Virus record (IMG/VR): IMGVR_UViG_3300025759_000072
Coordinates: 1 to 64,000 of that record
DNA: 64,000 bases
Direction: 5' to 3' (one strand)
Origin: a virus
The notes below the pieces were generated by a model. It searched no databases. It was not told the DNA's origin and saw nothing but the letters and a program-made list of their open reading frames with translations. Every line of letters starts with the position of its first letter. Positions within the stretch are counted from its first letter, which is position 1. The translations under genes were made by a program, and so were the position numbers. Shown in pieces: positions 1-8,996 of the stretch.

Positions 1-802
1 CAGGATCATTACTGCTAAAGTATGCGTTATTTGCGACCAGTGATCCAGAAGCAGTAACAATAAACTCTTGCATCAATGAACCACCTTCTTCTGTCAATAG
101 TTTCGTATCATCTTCAAGTAGCATCTCATATGCAAGAATATCGGTTGTGTTATTATCTTCAATAACATCGATGTTTGCATTACCTGTATTAATCTGCTCG
201 TTGCTATATGTAAACAACTCACAACGAAGATCGTATGTTTGTAGTCTACCTGTTTGATAGAATACTTGTTCATGCTCAACAAACATAATCTCAAACAGTT
301 TATCAACCATTGGAAAGTATATTAGATCGCCTTCTTGTGGTCGATTTGCAGTGATAGAATATCCATCACCAGTACCTTCTTCAAGAACAATCGAGTCGCC
401 TTCATATGTTTGATCAAGAAACTGTCTTGATGGCGCGTTTGTATCAGCATCTTCTGTAACATAGTTATAACCAACTTCAGTTGTTAGTTTCTCAGAAGCA
501 GCCTGATTGAATCTTTTTCTTGCTACTGTAAAGGTAACTTGATCGTTGATCTGTAGATTGAACTTGGAAAGAAAATCGCCCTCGCCTTCAAACCCTTCAA
601 CATTTTTAATGTACATCTCAAGGTCAACAGCATCATCAAATTTACGAAGCGTATCTTCACCAAACAATGGATCTTCACGCACGAATACGCTCGGAATATA
701 CTTGACATTATATCCGTAAATCTTGATTGCTTCCAAACAAAGGTCTTCAACGAGGTCTTGTTCACGACCATAATTGAAGTTGTTGAAGTATGCGTTGAGC
801 AT
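1..802 (-). CDS. gp14: Neck protein gp14 (runs off the left window edge)
   Basis: Not in ORF track; manual translation from ATG at 802: MLNAYFNNFNYGREQDLVEDLCLEAIKIYGYNVKYIP...DPLFGED...EMYIKNVEGFEGEGDFLSKF...RPQEGDLIYFP...FYQTGRLQTYDLRCELF; downstream of gp13; TAATG overlap with the upstream gene. Confidence 0.92.
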   Translation of the reverse strand, partial: MLNAYFNNFNYGREQDLVEDLCLEAIKIYGYNVKYIPSVFVREDPLFGEDTLRKFDDAVDLEMYIKNVEGFEGEGDFLSKFNLQINDQVTFTVARKRFNQAASEKLTTEVGYNYVTEDADTNAPSRQFLDQTYEGDSIVLEEGTGDGYSITANRPQEGDLIYFPMVDKLFEIMFVEHEQVFYQTGRLQTYDLRCELFTYSNEQINTGNANIDVIEDNNTTDILAYEMLLEDDTKLLTEEGGSLMQEFIVTASGSLVANNAYFSSNDP

Positions 803-1527
803 TATAATACCTTATTTTTTCTATTTCTCTCGGCAAGATCAGGACGTTTTCGACCCTTATTCCCATGCTCTTTATATTTATAATTTTCCACATCATCAGT
901 ATATCGCCATTCTTTCCATTTGTATTTTTTATTATGAAGTCGATAACTTATAGTTCCAATTTTTATATTTAATTCTTCAGCCGCATCAGATTTTAATTCA
1001 TAATATTTTCCATTAATGAAAAACGGTCTATATGTTCCTCGTTTTTTTAATAAAACTATTCTTTCTTGTCGAGACATAACAACACCATATCTTGGATTGC
1101 CATTTCCTGAATATTGTTCAGACCTTTTCATTTTATCATCATTACACCACAATTTCCCAGTATTTGCGTCAGATATTTTTTTACTATGTTCGATTGATCT
1201 TGGAGGTAATGTGTATCCACCTTTATTCATAAAAGTTTTACCGCCATCATGACAATTAAAAAATCTATCATCATCAACCATACCACAACGACGAATTGCA
1301 GTATGTTCCCAAATTCTTGCTTTTTCTTTAGTTTGGAATGTTTTTCTTATTTGAATAATATCAGGTTCACCATATTCTTTTCGGAAATGGTCTACTCTTT
1401 TTGATGATGTGAAATATGAAACCCAAAAATCGTCTGGATGACAACCTTTACCATAGCGAACACCATAATAGTATTTCTGGTGTTTGGACCATCCAATAAG
1501 ATATGTATATGGGGTATAAATAGACAT
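802..1527 (-). mobile_element. Free-standing homing endonuclease, GIY-YIG/Seg-like with NUMOD-type DNA-binding tail
   Basis: YTYLIGW...YYYGVR...YFTSS...ARIWE...FFN catalytic-type N-terminus; EHSKKISDANTGK and SGNGNPRYG NUMOD3-like segments; sits between gp13 and gp14. Confidence 0.75.
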
Positions 1528-1595
1528 GCTGATGCTCCTTGAAAGCGTTAGAGTGGTTGGGGACTGGTACTCCCGTGAACCACATTTTATCTATA
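1528..1595 (-). promoter_or_regulatory. Late-promoter variant (TATAGATA) plus stem-loop leader and AAGGAG RBS of the endonuclease
   Basis: Minus strand: TATAGATA-aaat-GTGGTT-cac-GGGA-gtaccag-TCCC-c-AACCAC-TCTAA-cgctttc-AAGGAG-catcagc-ATG. Confidence 0.7.
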
Positions 1596-1607
1596 AAAAT
1601 GGTACTT

Positions 1608-2351
1608 TTAACCTGTCATGTCATTGACGGGCAGACTGTAACTCACTATCATTTCTTCTTCGAGTTTTTGAATCTCTGCTTCAGCATCGTCATAAATCTT
1701 TGCACCATTGAACGTCAAACCACCAGGGAGTTGTACACCTTCAAATTTAGTAAGATTGCTTCCCCACTGACGTTTAATCAATGCTGTTGCATATCTTGCT
1801 AACCAACGATCACCCCATACATCAGAATATGTATTAGGATCTGTAATCGAATAACAGTCAACAACAATATACTCACCAACAAGAACATCAGTTCCCCATG
1901 ACATATCGATATGAAGTTTATTAACATGACGATTATAACGTAGTGGCTTCTTACCAACAAATAGTTCTTCTAAGAAAGAAACATGCTGCATTGCCATTAC
2001 GTATGTTACATATGAACTTGATGATAGATCAAATAGATCATTGAGATGAATCTGATATCGAACGCTAAAGAAGTTCGATGAGTTCATTGATTGACCAATA
2101 GGAACAACGGTATTCACACCAATAATATTCTGTGGTAATGTGATATATCCGTTATCAATATCGGTTTGTGTTACAACGTGTTTATACAGAATTCTTTCAC
2201 AACCATCGAAGTGATAATCCTGATAGTAGATGAGTGCTTCGTCAATACGGTCTTCTACCTGTTCATCATCGACGTTAATATCGATTACAGGATCGCCGAG
2301 TCTACGAAGGCAATATGCTTTGAACTCTGCACGAGTAGATGGGACTGCCAT
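1608..2351 (-). CDS. gp13: Neck protein gp13
   Basis: YCLRRLGDPVIDINVDDEQVEDRIDEA...WLARYATALIKRQWGSNLTKFEGVQLPGGLTFNG, T4-like gp13 motifs. Confidence 0.93.
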   Translation of the reverse strand: MAVPSTRAEFKAYCLRRLGDPVIDINVDDEQVEDRIDEALIYYQDYHFDGCERILYKHVVTQTDIDNGYITLPQNIIGVNTVVPIGQSMNSSNFFSVRYQIHLNDLFDLSSSSYVTYVMAMQHVSFLEELFVGKKPLRYNRHVNKLHIDMSWGTDVLVGEYIVVDCYSITDPNTYSDVWGDRWLARYATALIKRQWGSNLTKFEGVQLPGGLTFNGAKIYDDAEAEIQKLEEEMIVSYSLPVNDMTG

Positions 2352-2375
2352 GTGTATACTCCAGTCATTTTTTAT

Positions 2376-2383
2376 TATTTATA
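2376..2383 (-). promoter_or_regulatory. T4-type late promoter TATAAATA (gp13)
   Basis: Exact TATAAATA about 25 nt upstream of the gp13 ATG. Confidence 0.8.
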
Positions 2384-2395
2384 ATGACTAGAGTT

Positions 2396-3949
2396 TTATC
2401 TTGCTCTCGCGTATTTGAAGGGAGCTTCAGCAATGTGAATCGTCACGTAAGAGCCACCACTTGCGTTACCATTACCCTGTATGCTCCGTTCTTTACGTCC
2501 ATTTGAAAGTATATCAAAGTCACCATAGAAACTTTCCGCTGCATTGGACGTTAAACTAAGAAGTTCAGGGTTGGGTTTGTTGTAGGGAGTAGACGCGGCG
2601 TTCCACCAATTCCAGTCATACCCGGAAGCAGCGTCAATACGATGGTTGATACTAAGCGCTGGGCGGAAATCCAAAGGATCAAATGGACCATCGGTCGACC
2701 CGTTTCCAACGTATAATCCTAACTCAACAAATCCCGCAGTTTCTGGGATAACCAAATAATCCCGCGTTCCTGTTGCTTCCCCTGTGTCTATGTCAAAGGT
2801 GTTGGTCGTCACATTTTTAATTGCGACATCTACGGTTTCACCAACACTATTGTTAAACACGGTCAGTTTCCCCGCCGTGTATTCTGGATGGTACGAAATA
2901 ATGTCGCCGCCATTAGTACGGTCAAACAACAGAATAAACACTCGCGCATTACCCGCATTGTGCGTTACAGTCGTATCGGCACCATTTGTATGCGCCACAC
3001 TTCCCGTTTTAAAATACGTGTCGCAGTTAAATTCCGCTCCCATAAAAGCGTCACCACCAGATAGTGTCGGAAACGCGACACTGGTGCTTGAACTAAGCGC
3101 CACGCTATAGGCGTTGCTGTTATCGTGGCTGAATTGCCAATACCAGTTTTCTATACTATCTCGGTTCTTATAGACGCGAACATAATTTGTTGCGTTCGTC
3201 TCTGCGGCAAGTGTCGCGACAATGTTTGTCTCTGTATCGGTTACGACCGCAAACTGGGCGCTCGGATCAATGATCGCCAAGGCTGGTAGGTGCGCGGTGC
3301 AGAGGGGTTTGAAGCCGGTCGTTGGCGTCCCCGCGAACGCACTCGCACCAAAGTTCCAAGTCGCTGTTCCGAAGTGTCGCGACTGGAACGCGAAAAAGAT
3401 ATTACGGCTATCAAAGGTGTTTGTGAACGTCCCCTGACTTACCCCATTCTTGAAAAATTCGATAGACGTGGGAACAGCCGTGCAATCCACTTCAATGCGG
3501 ATCACATCCCCGGTCGTGTACGATGCACCATAGGCGGATGATGATCCGTCTATGTCCTTATTTCCACCTGAATTATAAACGGCATAATCCGCGCTGGAGT
3601 CCGTTTCAATAACCAACCCCTCGCCACAAAGTCCGGGGTTAAGAGACGCAGATGCTACGTCATTGTCCCATGTAATTTCGGCAACCCATTTACCGCCACC
3701 AAGTGTGTCTATCGGGATAGTGCCAGGAAGCCACCAATATGCTGCACCCGGATCACTTGCCGAAACAATTTTGGTATTCGCTTCTGATATTGTCCATGTG
3801 CTTGCTACACGCTCAACAAGAGTATTCAACACACAGTAATTCCCAATATTACGCACCACATGGTTCGTCGGGGAGTCGAGCAGTTGGTCTGTCGTATTTA
3901 AACTTACAGCGCCGAAATCGTTTGGTGTATTAATATGTGGTCGTGCCAT
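2396..3949 (-). CDS. SPRY/ConA-like virion adhesin, N-terminally short paralogue of 3949-7746 and 8997-12146
   Basis: DQLLDSPTN, YGASYTTGDVI...FFKNGVSQG, NFGASAF...LCTAHLP, YVGNGSTDGPF, C-terminal FKYARAR shared with paralogues. Confidence 0.65.
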   Translation of the reverse strand: MARPHINTPNDFGAVSLNTTDQLLDSPTNHVVRNIGNYCVLNTLVERVASTWTISEANTKIVSASDPGAAYWWLPGTIPIDTLGGGKWVAEITWDNDVASASLNPGLCGEGLVIETDSSADYAVYNSGGNKDIDGSSSAYGASYTTGDVIRIEVDCTAVPTSIEFFKNGVSQGTFTNTFDSRNIFFAFQSRHFGTATWNFGASAFAGTPTTGFKPLCTAHLPALAIIDPSAQFAVVTDTETNIVATLAAETNATNYVRVYKNRDSIENWYWQFSHDNSNAYSVALSSSTSVAFPTLSGGDAFMGAEFNCDTYFKTGSVAHTNGADTTVTHNAGNARVFILLFDRTNGGDIISYHPEYTAGKLTVFNNSVGETVDVAIKNVTTNTFDIDTGEATGTRDYLVIPETAGFVELGLYVGNGSTDGPFDPLDFRPALSINHRIDAASGYDWNWWNAASTPYNKPNPELLSLTSNAAESFYGDFDILSNGRKERSIQGNGNASGGSYVTIHIAEAPFKYARAR

Positions 3950-6900
3950 TATCGTGCTCTCGACTCTTTAAATGGATAGTCAGCCCAGGCAATACCGATG
4001 TAGGTAGCACTAGAACCGTTTGTGGACGTGCCCGTGGTTACAGGCTTGAACCCATTCGAGAAAAATTGAATAGAGTGAGTTGTAGATTCTGCGGAAGCGG
4101 TACTAGGTTGCAAGCGTGAGGGTAATGTGCCAGAGGGAGTAATATTGTAGGGCATTCGACCAGAGTCGTGCATTTCCCAATCTTGCCCCGCAGCACTTGA
4201 TTGCTTCAATATCACAGCATTTGGACGGAAATCGAGCGGGATGAATGTACCATCAGCATCACCGTTGCCAAAGTAGGAAAAGACTTTACAGTAGCCGGGG
4301 ACGGAGTGAAAACAGTAAGCAATATACGCTTGGTTCAACGTATTAACATCGGCTCCCGTACCTACAGAAAAGAGTGATGTCGTGGGAGCCGTGCTTTGCC
4401 AATAGAGCGCATTAACAGCAAAGGCGTTATTCAAATTAAGCTGACCGCCGCCTCCCCAACCATAAGCCTCATGACCTACTGCCCAGTTATCTGTACCAGT
4501 GTCAGTATTCTTGACGATAATGAATTCCGGCGCTTGACTCAAGCCGTGTCCAATTGTCGCGTTTGCACCTGTCCCTGTATAAGAAACGATTGAAAACCCC
4601 GCCGTTTGATTGGCGCTCACTGTCGACGTAATGCTGCCGTCCATGTTACTGGAACCAGCGCCGCCAGCCTTGAAGCACCATGCGACATAACTTTCTGCTG
4701 CTGTATTTACTTCATCAGTTGTACCCAATGTAAATCCACCAGAAACAAATGATTTTAAGTTTTCCGTTTGTGTATTAGCAGCTACTGTTGTATTTGTGTG
4801 TAATGCGTTATTAGGTCCACGTAACACATCATATAACTGATGTTTATCAGCAGCATCTCTATTCTTAATCCAAACCAGATCAGGCGTCCAGGCAGTTCCT
4901 GTACTATCATAACATTCACGAACTGATGTTTGCCCAGCATTTCCTTCATATAAAGAAGTAACGAAATACTTTGTTGGATCGGCGATTGTTGGTGCTGGAA
5001 GGTTCGCGGTGGAGATTGCTTTGAAGCCGGCCGGCGCGGTGTAATTCCAATTCGCTTCATCAATAATTTCTAAGAAGTCGTTAGGAAAGGTATTGTTAGC
5101 GTTCCGGTGGGCAATCAGAGTAACCTCGCCAAGCGCTGAAAGTAGATCGGTAAATGCCGCGTTTGTAGTCGTTCCGGCTTCTATTTCGCTCCGCGTTGCG
5201 CTGTTTTGTATCGTGTCGTCCACACCGAACCAGATAGCCCCGTTGTCCATATCTAAGAAAATCTGTACTCGGACTGTAGACGGTGAACCTGTAAAGGCGC
5301 TGCCGTACGCAGTGTTAACACTTGAAACCTTAGTGCCATCAAAACTTGAATATCCACGAACGTAAGTATCAGTAGTGCTCCCACCAGTTAAGTAAGTTGA
5401 AGCAATAAGGTTAGGGTTGCATACACCAATGATTTGCCCCGATCCGCCCGTCGAGGCTTGGGTGTATTCTAACTCTATGTAATATTTTCCACTCGTAACA
5501 AGGAAGTTTCCGAGCGTCCCACTATCTGCGTCGTATTCTGCTTTTTTATTGCCAAGCGTGTAACCAACAAAGTTCGGACCTTCGAAAACATTAGGGTTCC
5601 AGCGCTCAAGGTTGCCGTACCCGTTTGCCGCTGAGTTGGTCGGGCTGTCTAACAGTTGGTCGGTGGTAGTTAATCCGGAAGCGGCCCATGAAACCCCATC
5701 GTAGGCTTGTGTCGGGACAGTGAAATTACTGGTCCATATGGCTGTGCCCTTGACGAAAAGGATTTCATCCATCCAGCCAGCCCAAGTGCCAAGGTGGCCG
5801 TCCGTTCCTGCAATTTGCAGGACAGCCGTTCCATCATAATAGGTCGCGGAAGCAGATACCGCCGTCCCTAACTCCACCCCGTCAACGAAGAGATAATGGT
5901 TCGTGCCCGAACGGACAACGGCGACATGATACCAAGTGTCAGCGACGGGTGCCCAGGGTTCCGCACGGACCCAGTTCCGAGTCCCGGTGGTCCCGTCCGT
6001 TGAGTAGACAAAAACTAATGCCGCCTGACCAGCGCCCGATTGTGACCCGTCGTGTTCGTAGCCAAACTCGTAAGACCTATTATTGCCGATTATGTCCCAT
6101 TTAGCGATGAACGAAGCGTTGCCAACCGTACCGTTCCATCGAACCCAAGCTGCCAGTGTGAAGGCACCGGAACCGAGTTCAAAGTCTGCGTGATCGGCTA
6201 AAGTGAGGTAGTCTCCTGTGCCGTCAAAGTAGATCGCCGTAGTTCCAAATTTTGCTTGGTCGGTGTCGTGCTGGACATCCCCATTCGCCGTGATCGTCTT
6301 TCCCTTCGCGCTATCCGTGAACGTCGTCGAGGCGTCTGTTGTATTGGAATGGATGAGCAGCGTCGTATTCGGGTCAGCCGCCAGGGTCCAGCGAGCATCC
6401 TTGCCGAAATCCGCACTGTCCGCGAAGTCGAACCAGAAGCCGTTGGTGCCGAAGGTAAGACCGCTCGGGTCTATCGGATTCCAGTTCCCGTTCGCGTCAA
6501 ATCTCCCAAAAGAACTAGGTGTCCGCGCAATCCCATCGAAAATAAGTAATTCGGCAACGCCTCCATCGAAATAGCCATATGTCTGAATATACCCGATTTC
6601 AACGAGTTGGGTTGTCCCAAAATCCTGCGTTTCATTAAGCGCAGGCCATGTCGCAGAGTTCGTCGATGTGATTTGTTGGCCGTTAAGCCAGAGTTTTACG
6701 CGATCAGTATTAGTTGCTTCTGTCGTGTCTATCGTGACGGCAATATGTATCCATGCACCCGGATCACGTAGCTTTGGCGACCATGTAACATCCCAGGTCG
6801 TCGCGCCGCCTTCGACGAGGCTTGCGCGAGGATTTCCATCATAAATCTCGACGCGAGTGTAATTGTTGCCGTCTGTACCCCATGTCACTAGACCGCGATC

Positions 6901-7746
6901 CGTCGCTGCGGTCAGGTCGCCTAGCTTAACCCATGCCCCAATGCTACATATTTTATCACTATCCCCCGTCGTCCCTGGCGTCCTGTATAGTCTTGAGGCA
7001 CCATCAAACAGCAGCGATTGTCCAATCTTATAAGTATTTACTGGTGCTGTATATTCTGTTTTTGATTTGTAATCATCGCCAAATGTTGTCGAATTGGTAA
7101 ATGGTAGATAAAAACCGTTGGTGCCAAACGTCAGACCAGAAACATCTATCGGATTCCAGTTCCCGTTCGCGTTAAATTCCCCAAAAGAACTAGGCGTTAG
7201 TACCTGTCCATCAATGAAGATCGCTTCCGCGATAAGCCCATCCCAATACTGTGATGGTCCATTTTGCGATCCTATCCACATTGGAACCGATGCTTGATTA
7301 AGTTTGCTGTCTGTACTCGCTGGTGGATGCGTTTCTGTGGAAAACGCAGTTATCTGTACGCCATTCAAATACAGGGCCATCGCCCCGGTATTCCCATCCC
7401 AAGACCCGACAATATGATACCACGCGCCAGGATCACGAATTAGTTGCGTTGTTGTCAGTCGATAAACACCGCCGTCGCCAATAAAATCCAAAGCGTCGTT
7501 TTCTATTCTTATGCTATCTTCGTCTGTAGAGCCGCCGCCCGAAAACAGATTCGCATCCGTAAGCCCGAGATTTCCGCGCTTAAACCAGCAAGAGAACGTC
7601 CATAGACGCCGACTGCCCGCGCCGCTTGGGGTCCATGTCAGATATGCACTATCATCGTCATTAAACAGCAGCGATTGTTCAATTAAATACTGTTGATCAC
7701 CAGAAGCACCAGCCATAACTCCTTGAGCAAAATTATAAAGAGACAT
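3949..7746 (-). CDS. Large multi-LamG/ConA + SPRY virion adhesin (tail-fibre-associated)
   Basis: Two QSLLF..RDPGAW.H..GNWNPID..GTNGF modules, an LLIHS..DS..WYHVAVVR LamG module, SPRY-like region, PDLVWIKNRD and AGFSIVSYTG C-terminal repeats. Confidence 0.7.
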   Translation of the reverse strand: MSLYNFAQGVMAGASGDQQYLIEQSLLFNDDDSAYLTWTPSGAGSRRLWTFSCWFKRGNLGLTDANLFSGGGSTDEDSIRIENDALDFIGDGGVYRLTTTQLIRDPGAWYHIVGSWDGNTGAMALYLNGVQITAFSTETHPPASTDSKLNQASVPMWIGSQNGPSQYWDGLIAEAIFIDGQVLTPSSFGEFNANGNWNPIDVSGLTFGTNGFYLPFTNSTTFGDDYKSKTEYTAPVNTYKIGQSLLFDGASRLYRTPGTTGDSDKICSIGAWVKLGDLTAATDRGLVTWGTDGNNYTRVEIYDGNPRASLVEGGATTWDVTWSPKLRDPGAWIHIAVTIDTTEATNTDRVKLWLNGQQITSTNSATWPALNETQDFGTTQLVEIGYIQTYGYFDGGVAELLIFDGIARTPSSFGRFDANGNWNPIDPSGLTFGTNGFWFDFADSADFGKDARWTLAADPNTTLLIHSNTTDASTTFTDSAKGKTITANGDVQHDTDQAKFGTTAIYFDGTGDYLTLADHADFELGSGAFTLAAWVRWNGTVGNASFIAKWDIIGNNRSYEFGYEHDGSQSGAGQAALVFVYSTDGTTGTRNWVRAEPWAPVADTWYHVAVVRSGTNHYLFVDGVELGTAVSASATYYDGTAVLQIAGTDGHLGTWAGWMDEILFVKGTAIWTSNFTVPTQAYDGVSWAASGLTTTDQLLDSPTNSAANGYGNLERWNPNVFEGPNFVGYTLGNKKAEYDADSGTLGNFLVTSGKYYIELEYTQASTGGSGQIIGVCNPNLIASTYLTGGSTTDTYVRGYSSFDGTKVSSVNTAYGSAFTGSPSTVRVQIFLDMDNGAIWFGVDDTIQNSATRSEIEAGTTTNAAFTDLLSALGEVTLIAHRNANNTFPNDFLEIIDEANWNYTAPAGFKAISTANLPAPTIADPTKYFVTSLYEGNAGQTSVRECYDSTGTAWTPDLVWIKNRDAADKHQLYDVLRGPNNALHTNTTVAANTQTENLKSFVSGGFTLGTTDEVNTAAESYVAWCFKAGGAGSSNMDGSITSTVSANQTAGFSIVSYTGTGANATIGHGLSQAPEFIIVKNTDTGTDNWAVGHEAYGWGGGGQLNLNNAFAVNALYWQSTAPTTSLFSVGTGADVNTLNQAYIAYCFHSVPGYCKVFSYFGNGDADGTFIPLDFRPNAVILKQSSAAGQDWEMHDSGRMPYNITPSGTLPSRLQPSTASAESTTHSIQFFSNGFKPVTTGTSTNGSSATYIGIAWADYPFKESRAR

Positions 7747-7760
7747 TCAAGAAAAACTCC

Positions 7761-8237
7761 TTATGAAGTACCAAGCAGATCAATCGTGGCTACCGCATGA
7801 ATTGTGTTTGATGTTTGAACTACGTAGTCTACTCTATCAACCTTACCAGCAACTGTTGACATTGTTGGTACAGTTGCACCAGCAAATCGCCAGTAAGATC
7901 CCCATGATGTCGTATACACACCATTTGCATTAACAAATAATGATCCTGCTTGACCAACACTAATACTTGTTGGATTCGCAATAGTAAGATTCGAGTTAGC
8001 AACCAATGTATAGTAGTTACTTGTATTTAATGCAATCGTTACTGTATTACCAGCAGTGCCCCATCGAACACCGAGGTCGTATACACTACCACTTTGAGCA
8101 GTAGTGTATACGTTATTACGATCTGTATGAGCAGTATTGGCACTTAATTTATCATAATCAACAGCTCCATCTTTAATAGCTGGACCCAAAACACTCGAAG
8201 TGCCGAATGCTGTATTTCCTAGTTTTGTAAGTGCCAT
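7761..8237 (-). CDS. Short fibre/adaptor protein, paralogue of the C-terminus of 12158-12967
   Basis: Shared C-terminal domain AGNTVT..ANPT..VGQ.GS..YTTSWGS.WRF..PTMSTVAGK.DR.DY.V..SNTIHA.ATID.LGT. Confidence 0.6.
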   Translation of the reverse strand: MALTKLGNTAFGTSSVLGPAIKDGAVDYDKLSANTAHTDRNNVYTTAQSGSVYDLGVRWGTAGNTVTIALNTSNYYTLVANSNLTIANPTSISVGQAGSLFVNANGVYTTSWGSYWRFAGATVPTMSTVAGKVDRVDYVVQTSNTIHAVATIDLLGTS

Positions 8238-8250
8238 TTACTTATTATCC

Positions 8251-8934
8251 TCAAGCAGTATTAGCTGTTGGTTCTGGTGTTGGTTCTGGTTCTGGCTCAG
8301 GAGCTGGTTCTGGCTCAGGAGCTGGTTCTGGCTCAGGAGCTGGTTCTGGCTCAGGAGCTGGTTCTGGCTCAGGAGCTGGTTCTGGCTCAGGAGCTGGTTC
8401 AGGAGCAGCAGCAGGATCAACATAATCCTCTAATGTTGGCCAAGCACTAACACCATCCATATGTGCCTTTAGAGCAGCAACATCAGCAGCAGCATTAATA
8501 CCTGCTTCTACGTCGTTTGAATGAGTGCGAACAGCAGCACGATGCCATGCGACATCAGCAGGAACTGCAGTGCCACCTTCAGCAGCACGGATTACCATCC
8601 AATCAGTTGATGATAGTGTACCACCAGCTTGTTGTTTTGTCTGTGCTACTAACTGTTCTTTAACAGCGTCTAAATCTTTTTCTTTATGTTCCCACGTCTT
8701 TGTGACGGTACCAGCAGCATCGTCAACAACCATAGAATAAGCACCAAGAGTGTAGTATTTTGAATCTACGTTTTTATTGACTTCATTGTAGTCATAAATG
8801 CCATGTGCTTTCTTTGTTGCTTTATTCCACACGGTGAAAATATTTGCAGGATGCTGAATACCATCAAGCGTAATCGCTTTTGGACGATTATACATTGTGG
8901 TAACATTCCCGTCTTTTACGAGTGCCCAAGCCAT
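8251..8934 (-). CDS. Tail-fibre assembly chaperone-like protein with Pro/Glu-rich tail
   Basis: [10 protein letters not shown]...HRAAVR...WP motif typical of phage tail-assembly chaperones; late promoter TATAAATA at 8988-8995. Confidence 0.6.
   Translation of the reverse strand: MAWALVKDGNVTTMYNRPKAITLDGIQHPANIFTVWNKATKKAHGIYDYNEVNKNVDSKYYTLGAYSMVVDDAAGTVTKTWEHKEKDLDAVKEQLVAQTKQQAGGTLSSTDWMVIRAAEGGTAVPADVAWHRAAVRTHSNDVEAGINAAADVAALKAHMDGVSAWPTLEDYVDPAAAPEPAPEPEPAPEPEPAPEPEPAPEPEPAPEPEPAPEPEPEPTPEPTANTA
8281..8407. repeat. 18-bp tandem repeat (ggttctggctcaggagct)n encoding PEPEPA
   Basis: About six perfect consecutive units plus partial flanking units. Confidence 0.95.
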
Positions 8935-8996
8935 TTTATATTGTCTCCTTATTGCTTGATTGCATAATATAGTAGTTCAATTTTATTTATTTATAA

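Noticed and set aside
802-1607. Group I intron around the endonuclease
   Set aside because: gp13 and gp14 both look complete and there is no room for a ribozyme core.
8200-8450. Several repetitive ORFs (GSGSGA, WFWLRS, QNQLLS, AQELVL)
   Set aside because: Alternative frames of the 18-bp tandem repeat.
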